A stretch of DNA of 36,536 nucleotides from positions 1-36,536 of the forward strand of contig CANQYN010000001.1 of the NCBI GenBank assembly GCA_947628105.1, in the 5' to 3' direction. This stretch comes from an uncultured Bacilli bacterium (GTDB taxonomy: Bacteria > Bacillota_I > Bacilli_A > RF39 > UBA660). Shown piece by piece: positions 1 to 9,526 of the stretch (positions are counted from its first letter, which is position 1; each line of letters starts with the position of its first letter). Under the pieces are notes generated by a model that was not told the origin of the DNA, ran no database searches, and saw only the letters and a program-made list of their open reading frames with translations. The translations under genes and the position numbers were made by a program.

Positions 1-4
1 GTAT

Positions 5-403
5 ATGAATCTAACGATGTTTACTAGCATTTTCTCTGTCGTTGCCGGACTTATTATTATTTTTAATAATAGGTTAATTGTAAGTATCATTCCCCTTTTT
101 ATTGGAATTGTTCTTCTTATTAATGGCGTTTATAAATTACAACTTGCTTACTTATTAAAAACTGAAAATGAGCATTATTGGTTATTTGAACTTATATATT
201 CCATTCTTATCGTCTGTTGTGGAATAATCTTTATCGTTAATCCTTTTAAAGGTGCACAGGCAATTACTGAAATGATAGGAATTTTTATTATCATTTATAC
301 TATTTTTGATATTATTAGCTATTTTGTTATTCGAAAAAAAGTAAAAAATATTACCGTTGTTAAACGAGGGAATATTAAAATTATCGAACAAAAGGAAGAT
401 TAA
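5..403 (+). CDS. Small multi-pass membrane protein, HdeD/DUF308-like
   Basis: 132-aa ORF made almost entirely of hydrophobic helices (IIIFNNRLIVSIIPLFIGIVLLINGVYKL...). The pattern resembles DUF308/HdeD small membrane proteins. The ATG lies 4 nt from the window edge, so the true start may be upstream. Confidence 0.5.
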   Translation: MNLTMFTSIFSVVAGLIIIFNNRLIVSIIPLFIGIVLLINGVYKLQLAYLLKTENEHYWLFELIYSILIVCCGIIFIVNPFKGAQAITEMIGIFIIIYTIFDIISYFVIRKKVKNITVVKRGNIKIIEQKED

Positions 404-429
404 AATTCATTTATTTATGAATTTTTTCT
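403..429 (+). terminator. Rho-independent terminator after the DUF308-like gene
   Basis: Stem aaattcat (403-410) pairs with atgaattt (417-424), loop is 6 nt, followed by a T-run. Confidence 0.5.
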
Positions 430-490
430 TTGTCATTGTAAAATCATTCGTTTTATGATATTATCTAAAAGACATAAGGAAGTGATTCTC

Positions 491-1915
491 ATGATACAAA
501 TGCCTTCATTAAAAGAAGCCCGTTTACGTAAGCAAAAAGATGTGATGGTTCAAACGAAACAATATATCCAAGATAAATCATTATCCCAATTAGGAAAAGG
601 GAAAACCTATTTTATAAAAACTTATGGTTGTCAAATGAATGAACATGATAGTGAAAATATAAAAGCATTATTAGAAGAGATGTCTTTTCAAGAAACAACC
701 GATATGGAAAAGGCAGATTTTATTTTATTAAATACGTGTGCGATTCGCGAAAATGCTCATAATAAAGTTTTTGGTTTTTTAGGAAGAGTAAAAAATATGA
801 AAGAAAAAAATCCCCATGTTATCGCTGGAATATGTGGATGTATGGCTCAAGAGGAAGTTGTCGTCGAAGAGATTTTACAAAAATATAAATGGGTAGATAT
901 TGTTTTTGGAACTCATAATATTCATCATCTTCCCAAATTATTACATCAAATTATAACACAACAAGAAAAAGAGATAGAAGTTTATAGTAAAGAAGGGGAT
1001 ATTATTGAAAATATTCCTGCAAAACGAGATTCCAAATATAAAGCTTGGGTTAATATTATGTATGGTTGTGATAAATTTTGTACTTATTGTATAGTACCTT
1101 ATACGAGAGGAAAACAAAGAAGTCGAAAGAAAGAAGATATTTTAAAAGAAGTAAAACAATTAATAAAAGAAGGATATAAAGAAGTTACTCTATTAGGTCA
1201 AAATGTAAATGCTTATGGAAAAGATTTTAACCAAAATTATAAGATGGAAAATTTATTAGAAGATGTAGCATTGACTGGAATTGATCGTATTCGTTTTGTA
1301 ACTAGTCATCCTTGGGATTTTACTGATGAAATGATTCATGTTATTCAAAAATATCAAAATATTATGCCTTATATCCATCTTCCTATTCAATCAGGTTCTA
1401 ATACAGTACTAAAACGAATGGGAAGAAGATATACCAAAGAACAATATTTAACCTTATTCTATAAATTGAAAAAAAATATTCCTAATTGTTCTATTACAAC
1501 TGATATTATCGTTGGTTTTCCAAATGAAACAGAGGAAGAATTTAAAGAGACATTAGATATTGTAAAAGAGTGTCAATTTGATTCGGCTTTTACCTTTATC
1601 TTTTCCAAAAGAGAAGGAACTCCTGCGGCACGTATGGAAGATAGTATTAGTATAGAAGAAAAAAATAGACGTCTTCAAGAATTAAATCAACTAGTTAACT
1701 ATTATGCAAAAGCAGCAAATGAAAAATACTTGCATAAAATTGTTCCCGTTTTAATTGAAGGGTATAGTGATAAAGATAAAAATAAGTTAGTAGGATATAC
1801 TGATACGATGAAATTAGTCAATATTAAAGGAGATCCTTCCGCAATTGGAAATATTGTTAAAGTAGAAATTACAGATGTCAAAACATGGAGTTTAGATGGT
1901 AAAATAGTATCATAA
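491..1915 (+). CDS. miaB: tRNA-2-methylthio-N6-dimethylallyladenosine synthase (radical SAM methylthiotransferase)
   Basis: MTTase N-terminal motif YFIKTYGCQMNEHDSE, radical-SAM cluster GCDKFCTYCIVPYTRG, and a C-terminal TRAM-like end. Start moved to ATG 491, which has AAGGAAGTGA 8 nt upstream. The track start at 455 has no SD. Confidence 0.93.
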   Translation: MIQMPSLKEARLRKQKDVMVQTKQYIQDKSLSQLGKGKTYFIKTYGCQMNEHDSENIKALLEEMSFQETTDMEKADFILLNTCAIRENAHNKVFGFLGRVKNMKEKNPHVIAGICGCMAQEEVVVEEILQKYKWVDIVFGTHNIHHLPKLLHQIITQQEKEIEVYSKEGDIIENIPAKRDSKYKAWVNIMYGCDKFCTYCIVPYTRGKQRSRKKEDILKEVKQLIKEGYKEVTLLGQNVNAYGKDFNQNYKMENLLEDVALTGIDRIRFVTSHPWDFTDEMIHVIQKYQNIMPYIHLPIQSGSNTVLKRMGRRYTKEQYLTLFYKLKKNIPNCSITTDIIVGFPNETEEEFKETLDIVKECQFDSAFTFIFSKREGTPAARMEDSISIEEKNRRLQELNQLVNYYAKAANEKYLHKIVPVLIEGYSDKDKNKLVGYTDTMKLVNIKGDPSAIGNIVKVEITDVKTWSLDGKIVS

Positions 1916-1942
1916 AAGCGGTTTAAAAATAACCGCTTTTTT
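1915..1942. terminator. Bidirectional hairpin between convergent miaB and yigZ
   Basis: aaagcggtt (1915-1923) pairs with aaccgcttt (1931-1939), 7-nt loop. A-run on one side and T-run on the other. Overlaps the yigZ stop codon. Confidence 0.6.
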
Positions 1943-2507
1943 CTATTTCAATAGTAACATCTAGATATTTTAATTGCTCTTTCAACTCTTTCCATCGGAT
2001 CTCATCAATCACGATTTGAAACGTTATTTTTTCTTGATATTTTTTTGTTAAAATATCTATATTTTTTAATAATAATTCAATCTTTTTTTCTAGTGAATAA
2101 GGAAAAGTAAGAAGGACGATAACACTTTTTAATAGAGGTGTCATTTCTGCTTTTTTCAAGGCTTCAGTAGTACTTTTGGTATAACTTCGAACTAAACCTC
2201 CACTTCCTAATAAAATTCCCCCAAAATATCGAGTAACAACACATAAAATATGATCTAATTGATTTTTTTCTAACACATTTAAAATAGGAATTCCTGCCGT
2301 TCCACTTGGTTCTTTATCATCTGAAAAATGGTTTTTTCCTTCTAAAATATAGGCATAGCAATGATGAGTCGCATCTGGATACTTTTGTTTTATCTCCTGT
2401 AAATATGCTTTTATTTCTTCTTCCTTTTGAATGGGCAAAAGAGTTGTGATAAAAACTGACTTTTTTACTTCGATAGTATTTTCGAGTGCCTGTTTAATCT
2501 TATACAT
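1923..2507 (-). CDS. yigZ: YigZ / IMPACT (UPF0029) family protein
   Basis: Family signature ATHHCYAYIL...DDKEPSGTAGIPIL...GGILLGSGGLVRSY. ATG 2507 is preceded by GGTGA. The track start at 2519 is a TTG without an SD. Confidence 0.85.
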   Translation of the reverse strand: MYKIKQALENTIEVKKSVFITTLLPIQKEEEIKAYLQEIKQKYPDATHHCYAYILEGKNHFSDDKEPSGTAGIPILNVLEKNQLDHILCVVTRYFGGILLGSGGLVRSYTKSTTEALKKAEMTPLLKSVIVLLTFPYSLEKKIELLLKNIDILTKKYQEKITFQIVIDEIRWKELKEQLKYLDVTIEIEKSGYF

Positions 2508-2592
2508 AAATTTCACCAAAAATATTATATATTATTCTTTACAATATTTCAATTTTATATTATAATATTCTACTAATTAAGGGGGAATTTTT

Positions 2593-3120
2593 ATGAGAGA
2601 GATTCATCAATATAATGTTGTATATGATAAAGAATATATTAAAGAAGGTTATATTATTTATCAAAATGACTATACAAAATTTGTTAAAATCATGCATACT
2701 TATGGTTCTAATTATATGATATTCGCTAACGATGAATACGAGGATAGTGAATCTAAATTATGTGATTTTCATCCTATTATATTAGAAATAGATGGAATGT
2801 CGCAAATGTTTGAAGCCACTCGTATATTAGCTCAACATTTAAAAGGAAATCCTATTTATGCAAGAGGAGATTTGGATCAAGGAAAAACCCATTTAGTTCT
2901 TCAAAAAAAAGATGCTATTTATGAATTTAAAATCATGAAAGATATTCGTTATCATAAAAATAAAAAATACAATTTTGCTTTATTTCAAATACAGGATACT
3001 CCCGAAGGAGCAATTGCCCAATTTTACTCTCAATTACAAACCCTATCTTCTCATAAAGAAAGTGAAGCCGTAAAAGAGAAAATGATTAATTTAAAGGCAA
3101 CAAAGAAAAGTATTCACTAG
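2593..3120 (+). CDS. Hypothetical cytoplasmic protein (175 aa)
   Basis: Clean ORF with a strong SD (AAGGGGGA) 7 nt upstream and its own terminator. No motif recognised. Confidence 0.55.
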   Translation: MREIHQYNVVYDKEYIKEGYIIYQNDYTKFVKIMHTYGSNYMIFANDEYEDSESKLCDFHPIILEIDGMSQMFEATRILAQHLKGNPIYARGDLDQGKTHLVLQKKDAIYEFKIMKDIRYHKNKKYNFALFQIQDTPEGAIAQFYSQLQTLSSHKESEAVKEKMINLKATKKSIH

Positions 3121-3138
3121 TTTTTACTAGTGTTTTTT
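3115..3138 (+). terminator. Rho-independent terminator
   Basis: cactagt (3115-3121) pairs with actagtg (3126-3132), 4-nt loop, then TTTTTT. Confidence 0.65.
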
Positions 3139-3167
3139 GTTATAATAAAAGAAATTAAGGTGATAAT

Positions 3168-4937
3168 ATGATAAAAGAAAAATTACTTCTTGTCCCTCAA
3201 AAACCGGGATGTTATTTAATGAAAAATAAAGATAATTATGTCATTTATGTAGGAAAAGCAAAAAATTTAAAAAATCGATTAAATTCTTATTTTCATGGAA
3301 CTCATACGGGAAAGACAGCTAAATTAGTAAGTGAAATTGCAGATTTCGAATATGTAGTGGTAGGAAGTGAAACAGAATCTTTAATTTTAGAAAACAATTT
3401 AATTAAAGAATATGATCCTAAATATAATATTTTGCTTCGAGATGATAAGACATATCCTTATGTTGAAATTACAAATGAAAAAGTGCCTCGTTTATCAGTA
3501 GTAAGAAGCTTAAGTCGAAAGAAAAATCATAATCGATTATTTGGCCCTTATCCCAACGTTACAGCTGCTAGAAATACTGTTAATTTATTAAATCGTATTT
3601 ATCCCTTACGAAAATGTCGTACCTATTTAAAAAAGCCTTGTTTATACTATCATATTGGACAATGTTTAGGGTATTGTACCAATGAAGTATCAAATGAAAA
3701 AATAAAACAATTAGAATACGATATTATTCGATTTTTAAAAGGTGATCATAGTGAAATAACAAAAAAAATAAAAGAAGAAATGATAAAAGAAAGCGAAAAG
3801 CTAAATTATGAAAAAGCACAAGAATTAAAAGATTTATTAAACTATATTGAAATTACTCTAGCAAAACAAAAAGTAGAGATCGATGATCAAATTGATCGTG
3901 ATGTATTTGGATACTTTATCGAAAAAGACTATTTATCCATTCAAGTATTTTTCATTCGTGGGGGAAAAATCATTGAGCGTCACTCTAAAATCATTCCTTT
4001 AATTGAAGAAGTAGAAGAAGAATTAACAGGATATATTGCAAAATTTTATGATAAAAATTTCTTGTTACCTAAAGAAATATTAGTCCCTGATGTAGTAGAT
4101 GCCAATCTTTTACAAGATTATTTTCACATTCATGTAAAAACACCAATACGAGGAGTCAAGAAAAAAATATTGCAAATGGCAAATAAAAATGCGGCGATTA
4201 CATTACAAGAAAAAATAGAACTAATTCAACGAGATGAAAAAAGAACTTTACAAGCCAATGAAGAACTACGACAAATTTTACAATTAGAGAAATTAGATCG
4301 AATTGAATTATTTGATAATTCAAATCTTTTTGGAAGTTTTAACGTATCGGGAATGGTTGTTTTTACTAATGGAAAACCAAATAAAAATGAATATCGTAAA
4401 TTTAAGATAACTTGCGATAAAAATGACGATTATGGAACAATGAGAGAAGTGACATATCGCAGATATTTTAGAGTGTTAAAAGATCATTTAGTCAAACCTG
4501 ATTTAATTATTGTCGATGGAGGAGTTGGCCAAATTAATGTCGTTCGAAATGTATTACAAGAACTTCACCTTGATATTATGGTAGTAGGATTGAAAAAAAA
4601 TAATCGACATACGACAGAAAGTTTACTAGCAGGGACTCCTTTAACAGAAATTCCTATCGATAAAAAAAGTAATCTATTTTATTATTTAGAACGAATGCAA
4701 GAAGAAGTTCACAACTTTACTATTCGTTATCATCGTCAATTACGTAGTAAAGGAAGTTTATCTAGTATTTTAGATAGAGTAGAGGGAATCGGGGAGAAAA
4801 GAAAAAAACAACTTTTAAAAAAATACAAAACTATTTCAAAATTAAAAGAATTATCTCTTCTTGAATTAGAAGAAATTCTTCCTTCTTCCGTCGCAATCAA
4901 TCTATTTGAATTTCTAAAAAGCTATGAAAACAATTAA
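3168..4937 (+). CDS. uvrC: Excinuclease ABC subunit C
   Basis: GIY-YIG N-terminus (GCYLMKNKDNYVIYVGKAKNLKNRLNSYF...ESLILENNLIKEYDPKYN), UVR-type helical region, and a C-terminal endonuclease plus HhH tail (GIGEKRKKQLLKKY). Typical 589-aa length. SD AAGGTGA. Confidence 0.95.
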   Translation: MIKEKLLLVPQKPGCYLMKNKDNYVIYVGKAKNLKNRLNSYFHGTHTGKTAKLVSEIADFEYVVVGSETESLILENNLIKEYDPKYNILLRDDKTYPYVEITNEKVPRLSVVRSLSRKKNHNRLFGPYPNVTAARNTVNLLNRIYPLRKCRTYLKKPCLYYHIGQCLGYCTNEVSNEKIKQLEYDIIRFLKGDHSEITKKIKEEMIKESEKLNYEKAQELKDLLNYIEITLAKQKVEIDDQIDRDVFGYFIEKDYLSIQVFFIRGGKIIERHSKIIPLIEEVEEELTGYIAKFYDKNFLLPKEILVPDVVDANLLQDYFHIHVKTPIRGVKKKILQMANKNAAITLQEKIELIQRDEKRTLQANEELRQILQLEKLDRIELFDNSNLFGSFNVSGMVVFTNGKPNKNEYRKFKITCDKNDDYGTMREVTYRRYFRVLKDHLVKPDLIIVDGGVGQINVVRNVLQELHLDIMVVGLKKNNRHTTESLLAGTPLTEIPIDKKSNLFYYLERMQEEVHNFTIRYHRQLRSKGSLSSILDRVEGIGEKRKKQLLKKYKTISKLKELSLLELEEILPSSVAINLFEFLKSYENN

Positions 4938-4972
4938 AGCTGTGTTATAATATAAAATAGGGTAGTGATAAC

Positions 4973-5866
4973 GTGCAAGAAGATTTGATAGAAGAATTTA
5001 TCAATTATTTATTAATCGATAAAAAATATAGTAAAAATACCATTCTTTCTTACCGAGAAGAACTAAAACTATTCTTTTCATACACTTCGAAAGAAGTAAC
5101 GAAAATCGAAAAAGACGATATTGTTTCATACATGAAATACGAAAAAGATTCTGGCTGTCAAGAAAAGACAATTGCTCATTTTATAACTACCTTACGAAGT
5201 TTTTATAAATTTTTAGAAATAGAAGGAATTCAAACAAAAAATCCAATGGAATATATCAGCTTACCCAAAGTGAAAAAACGCTTGCCCAATTATTTAACGA
5301 AAGAAGAGGTGGATTTATTGTTAGATATTCCTCTTACAAATCGCTATTCTTATCGCAATAAAGCGATGTTAGAATTGATGTATGCGACTGGAGTTCGAAC
5401 TAGTGAATTATTAAATTTAAAGATGCCAGATATAAATTTAGAATATGCTTTAATTCGAGTCAATGGGAAAGGTAGTAAAGAGCGACTAATTCCAATGGGT
5501 GATTATGCTCTTTATTACGTATCTTTATATATTGAAAATTATCGAGGTCAATTTTTACAATCAAAACAAAGCGATTATGTATTTTTAAGTAATCATGGAA
5601 CATTAATGACTAGACAAGCCTTTTTCAAAATTATCAAACAATTAGCTCAAGCTAAGCATATTACGAAAGAAATTTCTCCCCATGTTTTACGACATTCTTT
5701 TGCGACTCATATGATCGAAAATGGGGCAGATATTCGTAGTGTTCAAGAATTATTGGGACATTCCAGTGTTTCAACAACTCAAATATATACTAATTTATCA
5801 AATCAATTCGTAGAAGATAGTTATGAGAATTTTCATCCTCACGGGAATAAAAAGGAGGTAATATAA
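4973..5866 (+). CDS. xerD: Site-specific tyrosine recombinase, XerD/XerC type
   Basis: N-terminal core-binding domain (KNTILSYREELKLFF). Catalytic motifs ATGVRTSEL and HVLRHSFATHMIENGADIRSVQELLGHSSVSTTQIYT. GTG start. XerD versus XerC cannot be separated by eye. Confidence 0.8.
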   Translation: MQEDLIEEFINYLLIDKKYSKNTILSYREELKLFFSYTSKEVTKIEKDDIVSYMKYEKDSGCQEKTIAHFITTLRSFYKFLEIEGIQTKNPMEYISLPKVKKRLPNYLTKEEVDLLLDIPLTNRYSYRNKAMLELMYATGVRTSELLNLKMPDINLEYALIRVNGKGSKERLIPMGDYALYYVSLYIENYRGQFLQSKQSDYVFLSNHGTLMTRQAFFKIIKQLAQAKHITKEISPHVLRHSFATHMIENGADIRSVQELLGHSSVSTTQIYTNLSNQFVEDSYENFHPHGNKKEVI

Positions 5867-7221
5867 TGCAAAGTAAAATATTTAAAGAATATGATATTCG
5901 AGGAATATATCCTACCGAATTTGATGAAAATAGTGCCTATACAATAGGAAAAGCTTATGGGACTTTTATCAAAAAAAAGAACCAAACAAAATCGATGGTA
6001 GGTTACGATAATCGTCTTTCTTCTCCTTCATTAAAAAAGGCTTTAGTAGAAGGAATTATCAGTAGTGGGATTGATGTTTTAGATTTAGGTTTAGTAACAA
6101 CTCCTATGTTTTATTACGCGAAAAAAAGAACAAATACGCCTTGTGGAATCATGGTAACAGCAAGTCATAATCCCAAAGATTATAATGGATTTAAAATTTC
6201 TTTTTCGGAAATAGGAAATGCTTATGGAGAACAAATCCAAGAATTTAAACGATTCATTATTGAAGGAAATTTCGATGATGGAAAGGGGAGTGTCATTCCT
6301 TACGATATTAAAGAAGATTATATTAATTTATTAACAAGCACATTAGATATTGGAAATCGTCATGTTAAAGTGTTAGTTGATTGTGGAAACGGAACGGGGT
6401 CCATCATTATTAAAGATATTATGGATCGTTTACAAATTACTTATGATTTACTATATTGTGAAAGTGATGGTAATTTTCCTCATCATCATCCCGATCCTAG
6501 CGTAAAGACAAACTTAATAGATTTAGGTAGGGAAGTAAGAAATAAAGGTTATACATTCGGTTTTGCCGTCGATGGAGATGCGGATCGTTTAGGAATGGTT
6601 GATGAAAATGGTTCGCCGATAAGTGCGGATTTAATTATGGTTATTTTTTATCGATATCTTTATAAAAAAATGCCAGTTAAAAAAGCAATTTATGATGTAA
6701 AAAGTTCAAATAAATTAATTGATGAATTAAATAAATTAGGATATCAATGTACGATGTATCGTACTGGAAATTCATATATGAATATGAAAATAAATAAAGA
6801 TAACTATACTTTTGGAGGAGAATACTCTGGTCATTTATGGTTTAACGACGAGCGTTTTCCCGGATTTGACGATGGAATTTATGCAGGATTACGTATGATT
6901 GAATTATTATCCAATACCGACAAAACTGTTTCTGCTTTATTAGAAGGTTTAGAAGAATATCTTTCTACCGATGAAATCATCATGCCAGTTCCCGACAATA
7001 AAAAATTTGATATCGTAGAAAAAGTAAAAGAATATGCCAAATCAAAAGACTATGAATGCATTACCATTGATGGCATTCGCGTTAATTTTCCAGACGGTTG
7101 GGCTTTAGTTAGAGCATCTAATACAGGTCCTAATCTAACCTTACGTTTTGAAGCAAAATCAGAAGAACGATTACATAATATACAAATTGAATTCCAAGAT
7201 TTAATCAATAGTTTCATATAA
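5866..7221 (+). CDS. Phosphomannomutase/phosphoglucomutase (alpha-D-phosphohexomutase family)
   Basis: Catalytic Ser loop TASHNP, Mg loop FAVDGDADR, sugar loop GGEYSGH. The N-terminal FKEYDIRG is typical of PMM/PGM rather than GlmM. SD AAGGAGG. The start overlaps the xerD stop. Confidence 0.88.
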   Translation: MQSKIFKEYDIRGIYPTEFDENSAYTIGKAYGTFIKKKNQTKSMVGYDNRLSSPSLKKALVEGIISSGIDVLDLGLVTTPMFYYAKKRTNTPCGIMVTASHNPKDYNGFKISFSEIGNAYGEQIQEFKRFIIEGNFDDGKGSVIPYDIKEDYINLLTSTLDIGNRHVKVLVDCGNGTGSIIIKDIMDRLQITYDLLYCESDGNFPHHHPDPSVKTNLIDLGREVRNKGYTFGFAVDGDADRLGMVDENGSPISADLIMVIFYRYLYKKMPVKKAIYDVKSSNKLIDELNKLGYQCTMYRTGNSYMNMKINKDNYTFGGEYSGHLWFNDERFPGFDDGIYAGLRMIELLSNTDKTVSALLEGLEEYLSTDEIIMPVPDNKKFDIVEKVKEYAKSKDYECITIDGIRVNFPDGWALVRASNTGPNLTLRFEAKSEERLHNIQIEFQDLINSFI

Positions 7222-7264
7222 CAAATTATAAAACCTCTCATACAATACGATAGGAGGTTTTTTT

Positions 7265-7702
7265 ATGAAAAAAAATATCGACCTATTAAATGACTATATG
7301 GCTAATTTATTTGTAGAAGAAAACAATTTAAATAATATGAAATTAAATGTAGTAGGGAATAGTTTTTTTGGACTTCATCGAATGTTAGAAGAATATCAAA
7401 CAAAAATGAAAAAAATGTGTCATAACATTGCAATAAGAATTAAAATGTTAGGAGGTTATCCACTTACTTCTTTAAAAGAAATTGAAAACATATCAGCTAT
7501 CAAATCAATGCAGAGTCGTGACTATAATGGAAATCAAATATTCGACGTATTAGAAAATGATTTTCGCTATTTAAATGAATATACCAATGATATTATTGCT
7601 TATTTTAAAGAAGAAAAAGACGATTATACTACCTTTATTTTAGAAGAAAACGGTAGGGGATTAAAAGACGAATATTGGAAGATAAAAAGTAGCTTAAAAT
7701 AA
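7265..7702 (+). CDS. Dps/ferritin-like protein (divergent)
   Basis: 145 aa. The stretch NVVGNSFFGLHRMLEEY...IAIRIKMLGGYPLTSLKE matches the Dps helix A/B pattern (HW.V.G..FF.LH...EE...AER...LGG.P). SD TAGGAGG. Confidence 0.7.
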   Translation: MKKNIDLLNDYMANLFVEENNLNNMKLNVVGNSFFGLHRMLEEYQTKMKKMCHNIAIRIKMLGGYPLTSLKEIENISAIKSMQSRDYNGNQIFDVLENDFRYLNEYTNDIIAYFKEEKDDYTTFILEENGRGLKDEYWKIKSSLK

Positions 7703-7712
7703 CTACTTTTTT
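7685..7712 (+). terminator. Putative terminator after the dps-like gene
   Basis: aaaagtag (7685-7692) pairs with ctactttt (7703-7710), 10-nt loop, T-run. Includes the stop codon. Confidence 0.45.
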
Positions 7713-7735
7713 CATATAATGAAAGTGGTGATAAG

Positions 7736-8479
7736 ATGAATCAAACACTATTTCCTTTTATCATTACAACAATTGCTGGATTTTCTACCATGTTAGGAAC
7801 ATTTATTATTTTTATTAAATGCAAAAATCCTAAAAATATTATTATTGGGTCTTTATCTTTTGCATCAAGTGTAATGCTTTTTGTCTCATTTTTAGATTTG
7901 ATTCCAGAATCATTTTCTATATTATCCAAATCGTTTTATCTTGTTCCTGCCATTTTGATATTATTCATCAGCATTAATGTGGGAATTATTTTATCTATTT
8001 TTATGAATCAAACTTTTGAAAATAAAAATCAATTATATCGAGTTGGGATGATTTCCATGTTAGCTATTATCCTGCATAACATACCAGAAGGAATTATTAC
8101 GTACATTACAAGTGGTACTAATTTAACATTAGGAATCAAATTGGCTATTGCCATTGCACTTCATAATATACCTGAAGGAATCAGTATTGCAATTCCCATA
8201 TATTATGCGACAAACGATAGAAAAAAAGCATTATTATATACTTTTGTATCAGGAATGTCTGAACTACTAGGAGCAGTACTTTCTTTTCTATTTTTAAAAT
8301 ACATCATTAACGATATTATCTTAGGTATTTTATTTGGAATTATCGCTGGTATCATGACTCATATTGCTTTATTAGAACTACTTCTTACATCACTTCGATA
8401 TGAAAAGAAAAAGATTACTTATTGCTTTTTTCTTATAGGCATTTTCTTTATTTTAATAAGTCATATTTTTATTGGATAA
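7736..8479 (+). CDS. zupT: ZIP-family zinc transporter
   Basis: Duplicated LHNIPEGI motifs (ILHNIPEGIITY, ALHNIPEGISIA). About 8 hydrophobic helices and a typical 247-aa length. Confidence 0.88.
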   Translation: MNQTLFPFIITTIAGFSTMLGTFIIFIKCKNPKNIIIGSLSFASSVMLFVSFLDLIPESFSILSKSFYLVPAILILFISINVGIILSIFMNQTFENKNQLYRVGMISMLAIILHNIPEGIITYITSGTNLTLGIKLAIAIALHNIPEGISIAIPIYYATNDRKKALLYTFVSGMSELLGAVLSFLFLKYIINDIILGILFGIIAGIMTHIALLELLLTSLRYEKKKITYCFFLIGIFFILISHIFIG

Positions 8480-8480
8480 A

Positions 8481-8504
8481 AAAAGAGACAAAAAGTCTCT
8501 TTTA
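8481..8504. terminator. Bidirectional hairpin between zupT and the convergent small ORF
   Basis: aaaagagac (8481-8489) pairs with gtctctttt (8495-8503), loop aaaaa. Confidence 0.6.
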
Positions 8505-8516
8505 TCATGGGTATGA

Positions 8517-8753
8517 CTATCTAATTTCAAAAGAATGTTCATCATCATCATCTAATTGAAAAGAATGAGTTTCGTTTGCAAAACCATTAACATTATTTGA
8601 TTTTTTATTTTCTAATTTATTGGTAATGCTTGAACCTTTTTTATTACATTTATTAGCACTATTCGTAACTTTTGAATTTTTTTTGTCACACTTATTAGTG
8701 CTATTTGTAATATTTGAATTAGATTGTTTCTTATTACTTTTCATTTTCATCAC
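8517..8753 (-). CDS. Hypothetical 78-aa low-complexity Lys/Asn/Ser repeat protein
   Basis: Three degenerate repeats (SNITNSTNKCDKKNSK / VTNSANKCNKKGSS / ITNKLENKKSNN) and an acidic tail with a duplicated HSF(Q/E)(L/I). GTG/ATG cluster at the start with only a weak SD (GGGTGA). Coding status is uncertain. Confidence 0.35.
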   Translation of the reverse strand: MMKMKSNKKQSNSNITNSTNKCDKKNSKVTNSANKCNKKGSSITNKLENKKSNNVNGFANETHSFQLDDDDEHSFEIR

Positions 8754-9107
8754 CCATTTTTATTATGCGTAAATATTTAAAATTACCAGTGGTAAATTTT
8801 AACAATTTAATAGGGGAGTAAAATAAAAATAACGTTAAAAATTTATAAAAAAATATAAAAGTTAACATAATATTGATTATCGGAAGTTTTAAATTATAGG
8901 ATTTTAATGTTTGAAAATAATCTTTTTTTTTTACAAAATGTCTTTATAATTCTTCATGGTTTTATTTAATTTTACTATTATAATATATATTTTTTCATTA
9001 CTTATATATTATCTTTTTTTATATTATTTTATATAAATAATGACAAAATTTTCATTTCTTAATCTTATTATACCCTATTAACAACGATTCAAAAAAGGGG
9101 ATTCTAT

Positions 9108-9142
9108 TTAAAAAAAATAGAAAAAAGTAGAAATATCTACTT
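9108..9142 (-). terminator. Rho-independent terminator of the HTH/127-aa operon
   Basis: On the minus strand, AAGTAGA (9142-9136) pairs with TCTACTT (9131-9125), loop 4 nt, followed by TTTTTCTATTTTTTTT. Confidence 0.55.
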
Positions 9143-9525
9143 TATTTACATATAATACCCTCTACATTATTGCCATTACATTTAGAATTTCCTATAACAA
9201 CATCAATTAATTCAATAATTGCATTATTTTTGTTATCTAATTTGATTACGTATTTGCCAGATTCAATATTTCCTTTTATATTCAAATCGGTTACATTTCC
9301 TGACATAATAGGGGAATTATCCCCTTTTACTATAGACAACATATAATTTGTTTCAATTTGATCAATTAATTTTTGAGCACTTAATTGTGCGGAAGAATTT
9401 GTCGTTTCTTTTATTTGATTTAAATTTTTTTTATTTTCTTTTAATGAAAGAGTAGTTTGGCTAATGACAAAAATGACTCCCCCTACTCCAAGTAAAAGAA
9501 TGAATATCAATATTCCTTTACTCAT
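9142..9525 (-). CDS. Hypothetical N-terminally membrane-anchored or secreted protein (127 aa)
   Basis: N-terminal hydrophobic helix (GILIFILLLGVGGVIFVI) followed by a soluble domain with 2 Cys near the C-terminus. The start is 1 nt after the stop of the upstream HTH gene, so the two are probably co-transcribed. Confidence 0.5.
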   Translation of the reverse strand: MSKGILIFILLLGVGGVIFVISQTTLSLKENKKNLNQIKETTNSSAQLSAQKLIDQIETNYMLSIVKGDNSPIMSGNVTDLNIKGNIESGKYVIKLDNKNNAIIELIDVVIGNSKCNGNNVEGIICK

Positions 9526-9526
9526 A

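Noticed and set aside
455-490. N-terminal 12-codon extension of miaB
   Set aside because: No SD precedes ATG 455, whereas ATG 491 has AAGGAAGTGA at the right spacing. The extension has no counterpart in the conserved MiaB N-terminus as I recall it.
4973-5866. XerD-like tyrosine recombinase as the integrase of a mobile element
   Set aside because: It is embedded co-directionally between uvrC and a phosphohexomutase, with overlapping or adjacent stops and starts and no flanking repeats or cargo. This is consistent with the chromosomal dimer-resolution recombinase.
8754-9141. AT-rich spacer considered as a CRISPR leader/array, an RNA gene or a replication origin
   Set aside because: No regularly spaced direct repeats, no tRNA- or rRNA-like structure and no DnaA-box clusters could be seen. 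Only a terminator hairpin and short A/T palindromes are present.
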